64,000 nt of DNA, from NCBI GenBank assembly GCA_051294375.1, contig CM119264.1, positions 5,544,218 to 5,608,217 on the forward strand, in the 5' to 3' direction. The stretch comes from Paraspadella gotoi (Eukaryota > Animalia > Chaetognatha). A program made the position numbers and the translations under genes. The notes beneath the pieces were generated by a model. It was not told where the DNA came from, made no database searches, and saw only the letters and a program-made list of their open reading frames with translations. Shown here piece by piece: positions 49,941-64,000 of this stretch. How positions within the stretch are numbered: position 1 is the stretch's first letter; every line of letters begins with the position of its first letter.

Positions 49941-51479
49941 TTATTAAAGCAATTAAAATTTTAAGAATTTATTGTAATCTGAATGAAAAAAAATTAACAA
50001 AATTTTGTTGATAAATACGCACTTATTAGTGGATTTTCGTGAGAGCAAGTCATTTCTAAAGCTTCCTTTATCCGATTTTAATTATTTATTTATTCTAAAA
50101 TGGTGCCCTCCCAAAAAAAAATTATTTTTATTAGTTATCTATTAAATAATTATTCAAATCAAAATCAATTATTTATAAATTAGTTATTAATCAAGTCTAT
50201 CTTTACGTCGTCGTTACTTTTGTTGTTGTCAGTGGACGAAAAGAACCTAAAGATCAAACATTTCGATCAAATTAATTAATTTATTAATTAAAATTATTAT
50301 TTTAGTTTTAATAATAGTTTTTCATTAATTAATTCAATTATTATCGCTCATGAATCCTAGGGCGGATCCGACATTGTTTCTCCAACTGTTTTTAAGCGTT
50401 TCCTTAATAATTTTTAACTCTTCCTCACGTTCATTTTATTACTCAATTTAGTATTTATTGCCAAATTTTTTGTTAGTTTTTTTATTTTTATCATTCTTTA
50501 AGTTGTTTGTGCCTCTCTGATTCCTTTACTTATTTACTGGCTGACTTTTAGTTTCACACAAGACGTTAGGATTTTGAACTGGTTGGTAAGTTTATTTATT
50601 CAAAATTGGCGACGAAGAATGGAGAATAAAGTTGAGTTTATAAAACGATGGATGAAATTAAATGAATTTAATTTCGACATTAAACAGTAAAAAAATGACA
50701 TTAAAAAATAACCCAAACGCTGTGTTAGAAGCGTTTAACGTCCGCGGGTTTCGAGCGCACTATTTCCTCTCTAGCAAAACGATTCTAACAATATCGGGAT
50801 ATTATGGTAACGGGGGGTATGTGCGATGCCTGGGGGTGGAGGAATCCTCCCTACCGCTGGCCGCTCAGGGCTTTGGAACTGCAGAGACTACGTTTTCTTT
50901 AGTGGAGAAACGGACGAAGCGGGATCCCTGATATCAACGTCGTCGTGTCCCTAACCGGCACGGTCGTATCTTGTTATGACCGGCGTAAACACAGTTTATT
51001 TTTGCCATATATCGTTCAAAATAATGTATCTTCACCTTTATTTTTATTCTACTATCGGGTATTCTATATTCCGCTGAGTCTACGGTTTTTCAAGTCATTT
51101 TCTTATAGCCCGGACACGGGTGCAACAAGCTAGGCTAAATTCGGCGTTTCCTAATGATTTGAACTACGTAGTACTTTCTTTGTAAGAACCAAAACGGAAT
51201 CGCTTTAAATAGCGCGAGTTGATCCGCCGAGACAGCGTTTTTCGCGGTCTTTTTTTGCCTGATTACTTTTGAACGCTTATCCGGATTTTTATGAAATTTA
51301 GGATTTCGGCTATTTTCGCCATTCTCTTTCCAACGATACCAAATTTATATACTAATCGTCTAGTTTCGAAACGAAACTTGCCAGCCCAATATAAAGTAAA
51401 GGATAGCACAAGATAGAAGGGGAAAAAAAATTAAGAATCTTCCGCTTGCAACACTTGGGTTTACCATTCTGGGACGAAT

Positions 51480-52358
51480 AGAAGCCATCGGTCTCTTTAA
51501 TTCTTTTACTTCAAAGGTTTTCCATTTATTTTGTATTTTTTTGAAAATTTCTAAAGGATTAAAAGCAACGAAAAAATCGGAAAGAACAGAAAAAACGATC
51601 AGGGACTAAAAAAAAGTCTTGGTAAAAAAAACAAACAAAACAAAACCAAAAAAAAAAAAACGCCCGCGGAAACAAAAAATCGTTGTAAATGCAACTAAGC
51701 CGCAATTATAGAGTTTGAGCGTCACTGCGTCCACGGGTTGCTGCGAGCGCCGCGCGGTCGGCTCGACACTGCGTTTGCAGCAAACGGGGCTGGCAGTCGA
51801 AACGGGATTTCTTTCAGTAAGTCTTTTGGTTTTCTCTCGAACGTGACTCGAGTAATTCACAGTTTTTTTTTCTCTCTTCTCGTTTACTCCTGTTTCTCTC
51901 TCTCTCTTCTCTCTCTCTCTTCTCTCTCTCTTCTTCTCCTCGTCTCTCTCTCTCTCTTCTCTCTCTTCTCTCTCTCTCCCCCTCTCTCCTTCCCACAGTT
52001 TTCGAGAAAACAAAAGACTTACTGAAAGAAATCCCGTTTCGACTGCAGCCGTTTGCTGCAAACGCAGTGTCGCAGCACGACGCCGCGGCGCCGCAGCAAC
52101 CCCGTGACGCAGTGACGCTCAAACTCTCTAATTGCGGCTTAACTTGATTTACAACGATTTTTTGTTCCGCGGGGTTTTTTTTGTTTTGTTTTTGTTTTTG
52201 TTTTTGTTTTTTTACCAAGACTTTTTTTAGTCCCTGATTCGTTTTCTGTTCTTTCCCATTTTTTTTCGTTGCTTTTAATCCCTTTAGAAATTTTCAATAA
52301 AATACAAAAATAAATGGAAAACCTTGAAGTAAAAGAATAAAAGAGACCGATGGCTTCT
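51480..52358. repeat. Long inverted repeat (~360-bp arms around a CT-microsatellite spacer)
   Basis: 51480-51841 is reverse-complementary to about 52000-52358 (agaagccatcggtctcttt..., aaacgggatttctttcagtaagtctttt). Differences are mostly indels. Right arm ends at a 25-N gap. Confidence 0.9.
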
Positions 52359-52383
52359 NNNNNNNNNNNNNNNNNNNNNNNNN

Positions 52384-64000
<11,617 letters not shown>

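Overview
Eukaryotic (probably invertebrate animal; inferred from spliceosomal introns, A-rich start context and microsatellite load) draft-assembly window. It is gene-poor, rich in (GA)n/(GAC)n/(GGAT)n repeats and has many N gaps. Almost all ORFs in the supplied track are microsatellite or noise translations. The one clear genic signal is a tandem pair of three-exon genes on the + strand (about 23236-24679 and 32395->33461). Each encodes a hydrophobic signal-peptide-like leader fused directly to a single RRM (RNP2 L[Y/H]V[D/G]NL, RNP1 KGFAFVTL), followed by a Gly/Tyr/Arg-rich tail, i.e. apparently secreted glycine-rich RNA-binding proteins. The RRM resembles bacterial/plant/fungal single-RRM Gly-rich proteins more than animal CIRBP/RBM3 (recalled consensus, not searched). 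Copy 2 is intact up to a gap. Copy 1 carries frameshifts and an in-frame stop (pseudogene or consensus error). Much of the rest looks like gap-filling artefact around seven 25-N gaps: an apparently identical 11.6 kb duplication (offset 15317) and several insertion-inflated raw-read-like copies of adjacent sequence. Also seen: two long foldback repeats, a dispersed repeat, minisatellites and promoter-like motif clusters.
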